A stretch of DNA of 64,000 nt from assembly GCA_030390025.1 (NCBI GenBank), contig CM059432.1, positions 49,540,001 through 49,604,000 of the forward strand, read 5' to 3'. Below, piece by piece: positions 22,318-35,264 of the stretch; the stretch's first letter is position 1, and every line of letters begins with the position of its first letter. The position numbers and the translations under genes are program-made. The notes below the pieces were generated by a model that did no database searches, was not told the origin of the DNA, and was given only the letters and a program-made list of their open reading frames with translations. The stretch comes from Squalus acanthias. Lineage: Eukaryota.

Positions 22318-23083
22318 GGCCCGTAATTTCCGATATGAGGCTTCCTGCGTGCGGATGCCTTCTATCGGAAAAAAATCTACGAACTTACCTGAGGGCTCCC
22401 GAGGTCTGGATACTTCCGCTCCTGGGCCTCTCCACAGTCAAAATGCGCAGGGCCCACGTATCCCAGAGGCGCATGCAGTTAGCAAGCGTCCCTGGGATCA
22501 TGTGGGCCAGGCCAGCCAATAGGAGAAGGGAATCTCCCTTCATACTTTTGACAGATAGACCTGTCAAATATATGAATGGAGATCACCCCCAAAACACAGT
22601 AAAACATTAAATAAATTTTAACCAAAAACCATCACATTTTTAAAATGAGTTAAAATTACATTAAATTAAATATTTTAAACAAAAATTAAATGTTTTGAAA
22701 AAAATAATTAAAGTCTTTTACGGTGCTAAAAATAAACTTACCTTTTTAAAAAGTATTTAAAAATTATAAATGAGTGAATTTCTTTTTATTTTTTTTACTT
22801 TTTTCAACTGTTATGCTGGTAAAAGCAGGCCTTACGCCTGCTTTTACCAGGTGTAAGATTTCTAAGGGTTTTCAGCGGGAGGAAGTTCTGCAGAAAGCGG
22901 AACTCTCCCCCCGCAGAGGCCCTTCTCCAGGGCAGGCGTCCGATCTGTCAAGAGCATTCTTGACAGATCGGAAATGCCAGTTTTCAGCGCATGCGCTTCA
23001 CATGCCTGAAACCGGCATTTCCGATGTCGCTACGGGTGTGTACACAGCGCGTACACACCCATAGGCATCGGAAAATACGGGCC
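22318..23083. mobile_element. Harbinger-type MITE
   Basis: TIRs ggcccgtaatttccgat / atcggaaaatacgggcc; flanks cta / ata; related to 28467-29231. Confidence 0.85.
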
Positions 23084-23215
23084 ATAGTTCATATGGACTT
23101 CCAGAGGCATTCGCTAAGGTTCCACATAAGAGACCGTTAGCTAAAATTAAAGCTCATGGAACTGACGGCAAATTATTGACCTGGTTAGGAGATTGGCTAG
23201 ACGGTAGAAGACAAA

Positions 23216-26200
23216 GGGGGAGAAATTCCTTTTAGCCAGCAAAGTTGCCGGTGTCATTGGCAACTGGAGCTAATGGCCGCTGAAAATGGCCGCAATACTA
23301 AAGGAGCAAAACTCACCTGGGGGGATAGAGATTGTTGGCGCAGCGCTTACCTGCCGTGCAACGCTGTCCTGATGGCATTGCTGGAGGCATCCGAGGCGAA
23401 GTTTGTGTGCAGGAGCGGCGTTGCAGCTTCCCACAGCCTCTGGAAGCAAGGATCTGGAGCTCGCAAGGAATTGTGGGTAATGAAGAGGTCTGAGAATTAA
23501 AGGGGCCATGCACACTGAAGCAATACAAATTTAAATGAAGTGATACATTGCAGTTCTCAGTCCTTTCTTCCTTTTAAAAAAATACTTAACATTAAAAAGA
23601 AGTCCCACATGCGAACATTCAGCTCTGAGAGCTGAATTCACTTCCTAAACTCAAAAAATGGGATAAATGCCTCAGCACTAACACAAATGGCTCAGCAAGT
23701 CAGGGAAGGGCCACCCAGGGTCCCGCACGCAGCACTCCAGCTTTGTGCAGGGGATCAACACTGCAAGACGGGTACTCTACCCACAGGGGCCAGGAGGCCC
23801 TCAGAAAGAAGGATGTGGGACCAGATCACCGAGACCATCACTGCCAGCAGTGTCACCCCCACCACCTGGCTCCAGTGCCCAAAGAAGCTTCATGATCTCA
23901 GACCATTGGTCAAGGTCAGTAAATGCATCTTCAAAAGCCATCTCCTACCAACTGCACCACTAGCCTCAAACACTGCTCAATGCACGAACCCCACCGCCAA
24001 TCACTCACCTACCCACAATCTGCACCAATCACGAGGCACATCTACCATTCTTAGCCTCACCTTACCCCCTTGGAGGAGACAGTGCAGGCCATTCTTGGCA
24101 TGGGCATGGCTGAGCCCTTGGCCAGCGTCGGGGCTGAAAGGATAAAAGATGCTGGTATCCTCGTACGTTATCCTCCTTCTGGCATGCACCTCTTGCTTTC
24201 CCGCCCTCCCATCACCACAACTTCACCCTTGTGCCTTCCTCATTTTGCACACCCAATAAATGCTGCCTGCCCAGCCAGTGGGTGACCAAGAAGAGGGAGA
24301 GGAGAGTGAAGAAGAACAATAAGATTGATTTGACACTCTCAGCCACCAGCTCCTCAAGGTCAACCAGCAAGTACATTTGCAGTGTCCCCCAGTGAAAGTC
24401 AGCAGCCTTCCACCAGCCTTGCTGCAGCCACTGGGGTAGCACTGCATGACATCAGTAGGATAGGCAAAGGCACACACAAGACAGTCACTAAGAGAATGCA
24501 TAAGGGTGATGAGTTGATTTCTTGATATCACATTGGATGGATAGACGTATATAGGTGGATTGGAAAGTTTGCTTTATGGTGACTTTTATTTCAGCATCAT
24601 GGCCAAGAGGACATTGTGATGGTCAATAATGGATGGAAGGTAAGGTGTAGAATAAATGTTGAAAGGGGAATTGGGGTTGTGGTCACTGGGACCGCAGGTG
24701 GATGATTCCATCCTCGACCTGAGACGTGGGCTGGAATTTTGCCAACGCTCAGTGGACGGGATGGGTGGTGAGTCAGCTGTTAAATTAAAAATGATTGACA
24801 GCGGGTTGGGAACCTGCTGTTCACAACGTGCACACTGGACTTTCCCGATGTCGGGTCTGCCAGCACTGAGCAGACCCGACAGGCAGCTGTGGAGGAGGCA
24901 ATTAAAATCATTAGTGGCTTGTTTACAACCACTTATTAATTTTTTTCCCCAGCTTTTTGGATTTGACAGGTCACCCACCAGTTTCCTGCTGTGCCTAGAC
25001 CTCTTCTGTGAAGCTGAGGTGGGAGGTCAGTGGCCATTGAATCAGCTGATGAGTTGACAACTTCAAATGTCAACGCAAAGCTCCCAGCTGATTGAGAAAT
25101 GTTCCCTTAACCACTAGCTTCTCTAAACTGCATTTCCACTACAGATTCACCATGCTGCAAGTCTTTGCACAAGTCTCCACCCAGAATGACATCATTACCT
25201 CTCCTACCATTGACAGATCGCTTCTGTCATCTCTACTTCACCTGCCATCTATTCCATCAACATGGGTGCCCTTGAAACTCTCTCACCTTGGTCCTCAGTA
25301 TCCCACCACAATCAGCCCCAACACCAGCAGCACCAGGCACACCAGCAGCACAAACAACAACACCAACCTTCTCCGCAATCACCTGGTGCTGCACATTGCT
25401 GCCCAGGAGGCCAGGGATGGCATCACCATGGCCAGATTTACTTCACTTGACGCTGCACACCCTGGCTGCCACATGATGCGCCAGGTTTGCACCACCCCAC
25501 ACCAACACCATAAAGCATCCCTACAATGTCCAAAGCCATTCCTTTCACACTCATCACCATTGCAGGGGGTACCGTTATGTCTCACCATTCACTGCAACTC
25601 ACAAAGCCACTTCCAAAGGTGCACACAAATCTGTCCAAGAACGCAACGTGTTGAAAATAAAGGTTTCAATGTTTGACACCACATTAACAGAAACTTTACA
25701 TGAACATTGCATAAAATACCCAAGTGCCTACCCTTGTGTGTTGTTAGTTGGTATGATTGCACTAGGATGATGGTGAGTGTGAGGGGTGGCTAGTGAGATG
25801 GGGATGTGATAATGTAGATAGAGAGGGATGGGTGGAGGTGCAAGGTAAGTTGGTGTGAGTAAAGATGTGCAGGAGTAGGGTAGGGAAGGCAGTGTGATGG
25901 GGATGTGATGAGAGACACAGCAGGATGAGGTTGAGTGTGGCTTTGTACTACCGTTTTGTGAGCTACTGAAATAATTAAAATGTTTGCGGCACTGCACCCA
26001 GGTCCTCCTGACCACATCCCTGCTTGTGTCCTCCTGTGCAATGTGCAACCAGGCTATGTTGATCTCCTAGGGAGGTCTCTTCCGCCCATGGGAAGGGAAG
26101 AGAACCTCCCTGTGTGCTGTGACTCCCTCCATAGGCATATGGAGGGAGTTATGGGGGAGTCTGGGTGCAGCCCTGCACCTCTGTGCAATGCTTCTCAGTG

Positions 26201-27002
26201 TTTGCAGCATTTCAATGCTGTAGAACACTGACAGCACAAATGTCAAAAGAAAGTTGGACATGGTCCTTTAAGGAAACTGGCTGATGATGCATCATCAAAT
26301 TACGTCACCAGACCCGCTTCCCCTAATTGGCTGGGAAACGCGCTGGGCAGGCTTAACAAGCCCAATCAAGGTAAATTCATTTCAGAGGCCGGGTTGGAGA
26401 CAGCAGCGGGGTCGGGACCCGCCACCGACATCGGCCACCACGGACCTGCTGAGGTTTGTAAAATCCAGCCCGTGATCTCTGTTTTTCTCTCCATGGATGT
26501 TGCGTGACCTGTTGAGTATTTGCAGCATGTTCTGTCTTCTCAAAGGCCTTCATTTACCATCCAAGCCCTTGCAAACGTCCAACAGCACTCCCTACACACT
26601 ATTGCAGCAAGCCACCACTTCAATAAAATCAAAAAAACCCAGTCCAAAACCTTAAATCCAAACATACCTAAACAATGTGTGTGTCCCTTTAAGAGCAGAC
26701 ATCGCCACTGTCAGCCTACTTGAACGCCATGTTAACCCGGCGTGCTTAGGACCCAGCGCTGAATTCAGTGCTAGGGTCGAAATTCATGCTTGTGACGTAA
26801 AGTCGCCATTGCATGCCGATTTATGTCACAACGCCACCATTTTGTCCAGCATGGCACTGCCAGTTACTGGCAGCGCAAAGGTAAGAACGAAAATGGTAGG
26901 CGCCGCGGGAACCACCAGCAGCTGGCGAAAGAGCGGTGGCTGCCGTTTTAGCGCCAGTTAATGGCGCTATGGAGTGGCGCTAAGGCCACGAAATTCTAGC
27001 CC
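23216..27002. mobile_element. Decayed Harbinger element with a Myb remnant (23687-23915, plus strand) and a nested element
   Basis: Termini gggggagaaatt / aattctagccc; MWDQITETITASSVTPTTWLQCPKKLHDL followed by a gtcagt donor-like site. Confidence 0.7.
24728..26471. mobile_element. Nested Harbinger deletion derivative
   Basis: TIRs gggctggaatttt / aaaatccagccc with a 3-bp duplication (cgt or gtg); fused transposase ends at 25262-25450 (plus); Myb exon remnant at ~25940-26190 (minus: EVLFPSHGRKRPP...RTWVQCRKHFN). Confidence 0.85.
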
Positions 27003-27213
27003 AGCGAGTAGGGATAAAGGGTATGTACTCGATTTCGCAGGAAGTGACCAGTGGTGTCCCACAAGGATCTGTGCTTGTGCCTCAAATATTCACTCTAATT
27101 AATAATGACTTAGATAACATAATAGAGAGCCATATATCCAAGTTTGCCAATGACACAACGGTTGGTGGCACAGTAAATAGTGTAGATGGGAGCATTAAAT
27201 TACAAAGAGACAT

Positions 27214-27320
27214 TGAAAAAAATGAAGACTCGCATTTATATAGTGCCTTTCATGACCACCGGATGTCTCAAAGCACTTTACAACCAATGAAGAACTTTTG
27301 AAGTCTAGTCACTGTTGTAC
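27214..27320 (-). mobile_element. SINE 3' fragment (same family as 27441-27915)
   Basis: Reverse complement of the 27810-27910 tail. Confidence 0.8.
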
Positions 27321-27440
27321 TAAGCCATGGCTGATAGATTATGTGAGTGGGCAAAACTGTGGCAAATGGATTTTAATGCAGCTAAGTGTGAGGTCATCCA
27401 TTTTGGACCCAAAAAGGATGGATCCGAATAATTTTTAAAT

Positions 27441-27915
27441 GTGTCAGCCATGGCTCAGCTGGTAGCACTCATGCCACTGTGTCAGAAGGTTTTGGGTTCA
27501 AGCCCCACTCCAGAGATTTGAGCACTAAAATCTTGGTTGACACTCAAGTACAGTACTGAGGGAATGCTGCACTGTCACAGGTGCAGTCTTTCGGATGAGA
27601 CATTAAACCGAGGCCCCGTCTGCTCTCTCAGGTGGATGTACAAGATCCTATGGCACTATTTCGAAGAAGAGCAGGGGAGTTATCCCCAGTGTCCTGGCCA
27701 ATATTTATCTCTCAATCCAACATCACTAAAATAGATTATCTGGTAATTATCACATTGCTGTATGTGGAAGCTTGCTGTGCACAAATTGGCTGCTGTGTTT
27801 CCTTCATTACAACAGTGACTACACTTCAAAAAGTATTTCATTGGCTGTAAAGCGCTTTGGGGCATCCGGTGGTCTTGAAAGGCGCTATATAAATGCAAGT
27901 CTTCTTTTCTTTCTT
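27441..27915 (+). mobile_element. Full-length tRNA-derived SINE (DeuSINE/SacSINE-like)
   Basis: A box TGGCTCAGCTGG and B box GGTTCAAGCC; L2-like tail gcgctatataaatgcaagt(cttt)n; TSD tttaaatg. The family name is from recall of the central domain, not a search. Confidence 0.85.
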
Positions 27916-28466
27916 TAAATGGTGAAAAGCTGGGAACAGTGGAGGTCCAAATAGATTTAGGGGGCCGGTACAAAAAATAACCAACAAGGTTAATGGAATG
28001 TTAGCCTTTATATCTAGAGGGCTCAAATTTAACGGGTAGGAAGTTTTGCTACAGCTATACAATGCCCTGGTTCGACCACATTTGGAGTATTTTGTACAAT
28101 TCTGGGCACTACACCTTAAAAAGGATATATTGGCTGTGGGAGCTGTGCAGCGCAGATTCGCCAGAATATTACCAGGGCTACCAGGCTTAAATTATGAGGA
28201 GAGATTACCTAAACTAGGCTTGTATTCCCTGGAATTTAGAAGGTTAAGGGGTGACTTGATTGAGGATTTTAGGATTTTGAAAGGAGTTGATAGGGTAGGT
28301 AGAGAGAATCTTTTTCCGCTGGTGGGAGTGTCTAGGACAAGGGGACATAACCTTAAAATCAGAGCCAGGTCTTTCAGGAGAGTAGTTAGGAAACACTTTT
28401 TCACACAAGGGGTGGTAGAAGTGTGAAACTCTCCAACAAAAAGCAATAGATTTTAGCTCAATTAAT

Positions 28467-29231
28467 GGGCCAGAAATTCGGCTCCTTGTCTTCCCACGGG
28501 TGCAAGGATCGCGCGTGCACCTACCTACCGTGCCTGCCGTTGACCTCTGGGCCCACATGGACTTCGGCTCCTTGGCCTCCTGCAGCTGCTGGCGCGCAGT
28601 GCTTGTGTATCCCAGGGGCGTAGTTAGTGCGATGCGCCCCTGGGATCACGTGGGCCATGGAGAGCCAATGGCAGCAGACCATCTTTCATTCATAGATTTC
28701 ACAGGAAGACCTGTCAAATCTATGAATACAGATCGGCCCCAAAACATCCCAAAAACTACAAATAATTTTTTTAAAAAACATCACATTTTTAAAATAACTA
28801 TAAATTACATTAATTAACTATTTTAAACAAAAATTTAAATTTTTGAAAAAATTAATTGCATTTTTTAACGGGGCTAAAACTAAACTTACCTTTCTTTAAA
28901 GTAATTAAAAAAGATAAATCTGTGAAAAAAATGTTTAAATTTTAATAAAATCAACACTTACCTTGTTAAAAGAAGGCCTTGCGCATCCTTTTTAAAAGTG
29001 TATCTTCTCCGTGCTTACCTTCACGGAGGAACCTGTAAAAAAATCCGAAGTGCGAGGCGAATGCGCTGGCCCGCCGGCGTGCGCGTTCGACCTCTGAACC
29101 CCTTTCCTCAGGGGAACGGAAGTGCCGGTTTCCCGCGCATGCGCAGTGCATGCAAGAAACCGGCTCTTTCGTTCCGTCCACGGGTGAGTACACAGCGCAT
29201 ACTCACCCGACAACAGCCGAATTTCTGCCCC
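28467..29231. mobile_element. Harbinger-type MITE
   Basis: TIRs gggccagaaattcggct / agccgaatttctgcccc; TSD AAT. Confidence 0.87.
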
Positions 29232-29803
29232 AATAATTTTAAATCTGAGATTGATGGGTTGGATGGAGTTAGGATGCAGATCAGTCATGATCACATTGAA
29301 TGGCGGAACAGGCTTGAGGGACAGAATGGCCTACTCCTGCTCCTATGTTCCTGTGTCTTATGTTCCTATGTTCAATATAGTCTTACTGCTGTACCAGGTT
29401 CAATTGCAAAGTCAACCTACAAAGATTTTAAGCCCTATACAGTTTAGGATGGTACTTAGCAAACTGAGCCTCTGGCATGTACTAGATGGCCTATCCTGAA
29501 TTATTATTACTGCTATCCCTTCCTTGCTAGTGTGCAGTGATTCACCCTGTGATTCTTCCTCAACATCTGTCCTGTTGCCCAGTTTAAGTAGGACTGATGG
29601 CAATTATTGCACTTGCAATGTTCTTGCAGCTTCTTATCCACTTTTCCCTTTGGATACTGCTGTGTCATGTTTTAAAATTTGTTCTTGAGATGTAGGCAAT
29701 GCTGCCAAAGTTGCCCATCATTAGTTTCCCTGAGAAGGTGGTGGTGGGCCCACTAGAATATAAATCGAGATCAAATATGAAAAAAATACTAAAATCTGCA
29801 TTA

Positions 29804-32800
29804 AGAAATAGGAGCAGGAGTAGGCCAATCGGCCCCTCGAGCCTGCTCCGCCATTCAATAAGATCATGGCTGTTCTGATCCTAACCTCAAATCTAAAGAA
29901 CACAAGAAGTACGAGCAGGACCAGGCCACTCAGCCCCTGGGCCCGATCCGGCACCCACAGGGCCCTGACCGATCCGAACTCAGCCTCATGTCAAATTTCC
30001 TGCCCGCTCACCGTAACCCCTAATTCCCTTTACCTCTAGGAAACTATTTATTTCTGTTTTAAATGTATTTAATGATGTAGCTTCCACAGCTTCCTGGGGC
30101 AACAAATTCCACAGACCTACTACCCTCTGAGTGAAGAAGTTTCTCTTCATCTCAGTCTTGAAAGAGCAGCCCCTTATTCTAAGATTATGCCCCCTAGTTC
30201 TAGTTTCGCCCATCCTTGGGAACATCCTTACTGCATCCACCCGATCAAGCCCCTTCACAATCTTATATGTTTCAATAAGATCGCCTCTCATTCTTCTGAA
30301 CTCCAATGAGTAGAGTCCCAATCTACTCAACCTCTCCTCATATGTCCACCCCCTCATCCCCGGGATTAACCGAGTGAACCTTCTTTGTACTGCCTCGAGA
30401 GCAAGTATGTCTTTTCTTAAGTATGGACACCAAAACTGTATGCAGTATTCCAGGTGCGGTCTCACCAATACCTTATATAACTGCAGCAATACCTCCCTGT
30501 TTTTATAATCTATCCCCCTAGCAATAAAAGCCAACATTCCGTTGGCCTTCTTGATCACCTGCTGCACCTGCATACTAACTTTTTGATTTTCTTGCACTAG
30601 GACCCCCAGATCCCTTTGTACTGCAGTACTTTCCAGTTTCTCGCCATTAAGATAATAACTTGCTCTCTGATTTTTCCTGCCAAAGTGCATAACCTCACAT
30701 TTTCCAATATTGTATTGCATCTGCCAAATCTCCGCCCACTCACCCAGCCTGTCTATATCCCCTTGTAGGTTTTGTATGTCCTCCTCACTTTCTACTTTCC
30801 CTCCCATCTTTGTATCATCTGCAAACTTTGATATGTTACACTCGGTCCCCTCCTCCAAATCGTTAATATAGATTGTAAAGAGTTGGGGACCCAGCACCGA
30901 CCCCTGCAGAACACCACTGGCTACTGGTTGCCAGTCCGAGAGTGAACCATGTATCCCAACTCTCTGCTTCCTGTTAGATAACCAATCCTCCACCCATGCC
31001 AGAATATTACCCCCAATCCAGTGATTTTTTTTCTTGAGCAATAATCTTTTATGTGGCACCTTGTCGAATGCCTTCTGGAAGTCTAAATACACTACGTCCA
31101 CTGGTTCCCCTTTATCCACCCTGTATGTTATGTCCTCAAAGAACTCAAGCAAATTTGTCAGACATGACTTCCCCTTCATAAAGCCATGCTGACTTTGTCC
31201 TATTAAATTATGTTTATCTAAATGTTCCGTTACTGTCTCCTTAATAATAGACTCCAAAATTTTACCCACCACAGATATTAGGCTAACTGGTCTATAATTT
31301 CCAGCCTTCTGCCTACTACCCTTTTTAAATAAGGGTGTTACATTAGCAGTTTTCCAATCTGCCGGGACCTTTGCTGAGTCCAGGGAATTTTGGAAAATTA
31401 TTACCAAAGCATCCACAATCCCTACTGCCACTTCCCTCAAGACCCTAGGATGTAAGCCATCAGGTCCAGGGGATTTATCCGCCTTGAGTCCCATTATTTT
31501 ACTGAGTACCAATTCCTTAGTGATTTTAATCGTATTTAGCTCCTCCCCCCCTAGAGCCCCCCGTTTGTCCAGTGTTGGGATATGCTTAGTGTCCTCTACC
31601 GTAAAGACTGAAACAAAATATTTGTTCAGCATTTTTGCCATCTCCATGTTTCCCACCATTAATTTCCCGGTCTCATCCTCTAAGGGACCTACGTTTGCCT
31701 TAGCCACCCTTTTTCTTTTTATATAACTATAGAAACTCTTGCTATCTGTTTTTATATTTTTTGCTAATTTATTTTCATAATCTATCTTCCCTTTCTTAAT
31801 CAATCCTTTAGTTACTTTTTGCTGTCTTTTGAAAACTTCCCAATCTTCTATCCTCCCACTAAGTTTGGCTACCTTATATGTCCTTGTTTTTAGTCGGATA
31901 CTATCCTTAATTTCTTTACTTAGCCACGGATGGCTGTCATTTCTTTTACACCCTTTTTTCCTCAGTGGAATATATTTCTTTTGAAAGTTGTAAAATAACT
32001 CCTTAAATGAACACCACTGTTCCTGTACCGTCTTACCCTTTAATCTATTTTCCCAGTCCACTTTAATCAATTCCGCTCTCATACCATCATAGTCTCCTTT
32101 ATTCAAGCTCAGTACGCTCGTTTGAGAACCAACCTTCTCACCCTCTAATTGGATATGGAATTCAACCATGTTATGGTCACTCATTCCAAGGGGATCCTTA
32201 ACTAGGACATTATTAATTAATCCTTACTCATTACACAGGACCAGGTCCAAGGTTGCTTGCCCCCTTGTAGGATCAGTTACATACTGCTCAAGAGATCCAT
32301 CCCTAATACACTCAATAAACTCTTCCTCAAGGCTGCCCTGCCCAATTTGATTTGTCCAGTTAATATGATAGTTAAAATCCCCCATAATTATAGCTGTTCC
32401 CTTATTACATGCCCCAACTATTTCCTGATTAATACTTCTTCCAGCAGAGTTGCAACTATTAGGAGGCCTATATACTACTCCCACTAGTTTTTTTTCCCCC
32501 TTATTATTCCTTATCTCCGCCCAAACTGTTTCATTATCCTGATCCTTTGACCCAATATCATTTCTCTTTATTACAGTGATTCCTTCCTTTATTAACATAG
32601 CCACCCCACCTCCCCTTCCTTCCTGCCTGTCCTTCCTGATTGTTAAATACCCTGGCATATTTAGTTCCCAGTCGTTGTCACCCTGCAGCCATGTTTCTGT
32701 AATGGCCACAAGATCATACCCATACGTAGTTATTTGTGCCGTTAACTCGTCCATTTTGTTACGAATGCTACGTGCATTCAGATAAAGAACTTTCAAATAT

Positions 32801-32825
32801 GTTTTGTGACACTTAGTTCCTGCTT
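29804..32825 (-). mobile_element. CR1 LINE with near-complete ORF2 and a tandem double 3' end
   Basis: ORF2 at 29986-32796; two successive 3'UTR/tail modules at ~29896-29985 and ~29804-29895. Confidence 0.93.
29986..32796 (-). pseudogene. CR1 ORF2 (EN+RT) interrupted by a single in-frame TAA at 32224-32226
   Basis: The 190 aa and 732 aa ORFs share a frame and read LCNE*GLINNVLVKDPLGMSDHN across the stop. Confidence 0.92.
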
Positions 32826-32864
32826 TTAATGCCTTTGAGACTCTGAACTAGTACAGCCTTTTTA

Positions 32865-33981
32865 AAAATTTGTTCCTGGGATGTGGGCATTGCTGGCAAT
32901 GCCAGCATTTATTGCCCATCCCTAATTGCCCTTGAGAAGGTGGTGCCTTCTTGAACTGCTGCAGTCCATTTGGTGAAGGTATTCCCATAGTGCTGTTAGG
33001 GAGGGAGTTCAGGATTTTGACCCAGTGACGATGAAGGAACGACGATATATTTCCAAGTCAGGATGGTGTGTAACTTGGAGGGGAACTTGCAGGTGGTGTT
33101 GTCCCCATACACCTGCTGCCTTTGTCCTTCTAGGTGGTAGAGGTCACGGGTTTGGGAGGTGCTGCTGAAGAAGCCTTGGCGAGTTGCTGCAGTGCATCTT
33201 GTAGATGGTACACACTGCAGCCACGGTGTGTTGGTGGTGGAGGGAGTGAATGTTTAAGGTGGTGGATGGGGTGCCAATCAAGTGGGCTGCTTTGTCCTGG
33301 ATGGTGTCAAGCTTCTTGAGTGTTGTTGGAGCTGCACTCATCCAGGCAAGTGGAGAGTATTCCATCACACTCCTGACTTGTGCTTTGTAGATGATGGAAA
33401 GTCTTTGGGGAGTCAGGCGGTGAGACACTCATTGCAGAATACCCAGCCTCTGACCCACTCTTGTTGCCACAGTATTTATGTGGCTGGTCCAGTTAATTTT
33501 CTGGTCAATGGTGACCCCCAGGATGTTGATGGTGGGGGATTCGGCGATGGTAATGCCGTTGAATGTCAAGGGGCGGTGGTTAGACTCTCTCTTGTTGGAG
33601 ATAGTCATTGCCTGGCACTTCTGTGGCGCGAATGTTACCTGCCACTTATCAGCCCAAGCCTGAATGTCGTCCAGGTCTTTCTTCATGCGGGCATGGACTG
33701 CTTCATTATCTGAGGAGTTGCGAATGGAACTGAACACGGTGCAGTCATCAGCGAACATCCCCACTTCTGACTTTATGATGGAGGGAAGGTCATTAATGAA
33801 GTAGCTGATGATGGTTGGACCTAGGACACTGCCCTGAGGGATCTCCTGCAGTGATGTCCTGGGGCTGAGATGAATTAACTCCAACAAACAAAACCATCTT
33901 CCTTTGTGTGAAGTATGAGTCCAGCCAGTGGAGATTTTTCCCCCTGATTCGCATTGACTTCAATTTTATTAGGGCTCCTTG
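32865..33981 (-). mobile_element. Second LINE family (CR1/L2 group), 3' RT fragment
   Basis: PQGSVLGP, FADD and YKAQVRSVMEYSPLAW; colinear with 62477-63590. Confidence 0.9.
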
Positions 33982-35264
33982 ATTAGGAGAGATAGGCCTA
34001 GAAATTGGATAAGGCCCGAAAATAGACGGGGACATCGTCCAGCGCTATTCACCTGCGGCCTTTCTAAGTGGTGTAGGCAGCATACAAAATTTGTGCTGCC
34101 TGCTCAGTTACATGATTGCCACACTGATCTCAGCGCTAAACGTGCTGCTGATTGGCTTAGCGCTCAACGGTGGGGAGGCAATGTCGGGTGCAGTCTACTG
34201 GCCAATAAAGTTTGGCCTCCACTACTTGAAGGGGTGGTGCTTTGTTGCAGAAGCACCTTATTGCCAGCTAGAAAGAAGCCATGGCGAGGGTTGATAACCT
34301 AACCGACCTGGAGGAATCAGTGTTGCAAATAATTGGAGGGGCTGTGACAGAGTCCATGGCGAGCGGAGAAGTGGAAAGCATCGCTGATGATGACGGTATG
34401 CTCATACCTAATCCTTCTTCTCACATCCCACTTCCCCCTCATCCCACATTCCACAATCTCTTCTCACTTACAAGCTGCTGATGGTGTATGCATGGATATC
34501 TTGCTGACCTCCCCTCCCCTTACCACAGCCCGACCCTTGTGCCTTTCTGCTTTCAGATACAAAACAATTGCAACGTGGCCAGTCTGTCCTTGAACATGAT
34601 GAAGACACTGATGGAGGAGAAGAAGAAGAAGACACATCGGCACTGCACCTGACACTCGGAGACACCAGCTGAGAATATGGCATTGGAGGGACTTTAGAGT
34701 GTAGTATAGAGGCGGAATCTGCATGTGGTGAGTCACCGGGCACGAGTGGGCTGCAGCCAGGCCAGGGGCAAAGGGTAGCTCGGGTACCAGCTCCGCCAAG
34801 GGTGAATTCGCGTACGAGTTCTGCTCCACAGGACTCAGATGATGACCTCGATAGGGCGGCCTTCAGAAGAAAGGTGATGGGCATGCACACAGAAATGCTA
34901 AGTGCAATGGCAAACCTGCCACAGAGCCTCTTGTCAGTGCCAAGGAGCATGGAGGAGCTCCAACATTGCATGAGGTTTTGCGCAGAGCTTGAAGCCCATG
35001 ATTTCCAGGATGGAAATGATGGGCAACTCCATGAGATAACTTGTGGACCCAAATATGCTGTTGGGTGTGAAGGGCGATCTCGCAGCTTCCATTGCAGCAC
35101 AGGCGGAAGCGACACAATGTCTCACTGCTGCAGCAGAAGCTCAGACAGCTGCCATTGTCGTTGGGTTTATGAGTGTCGAAAGGGGCTTGCAGGGTGTCGG
35201 AGCAGGCCAGCACCCTTCCTCCTCCTCTGCCTCTCCCTCTTCCTCCTCCTCCTCCTCCTAAGGT

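Larger units (their letters stand above)
22138..29372 (+). mobile_element. Single 5'-truncated CR1 broken into six pieces by five insertions
   Basis: Colinear RT pieces at 22138-22317, 23084-23215, 27003-27213, 27321-27440, 27916-28466 and 29232-29372; the last carries the 3' UTR and an ATGTTCCT-type tail. Confidence 0.85.

Noticed and set aside
27448..27512. tRNA gene
   Set aside because: The A and B boxes belong to a SINE head followed by the SINE body, tail and TSD; no full cloverleaf.
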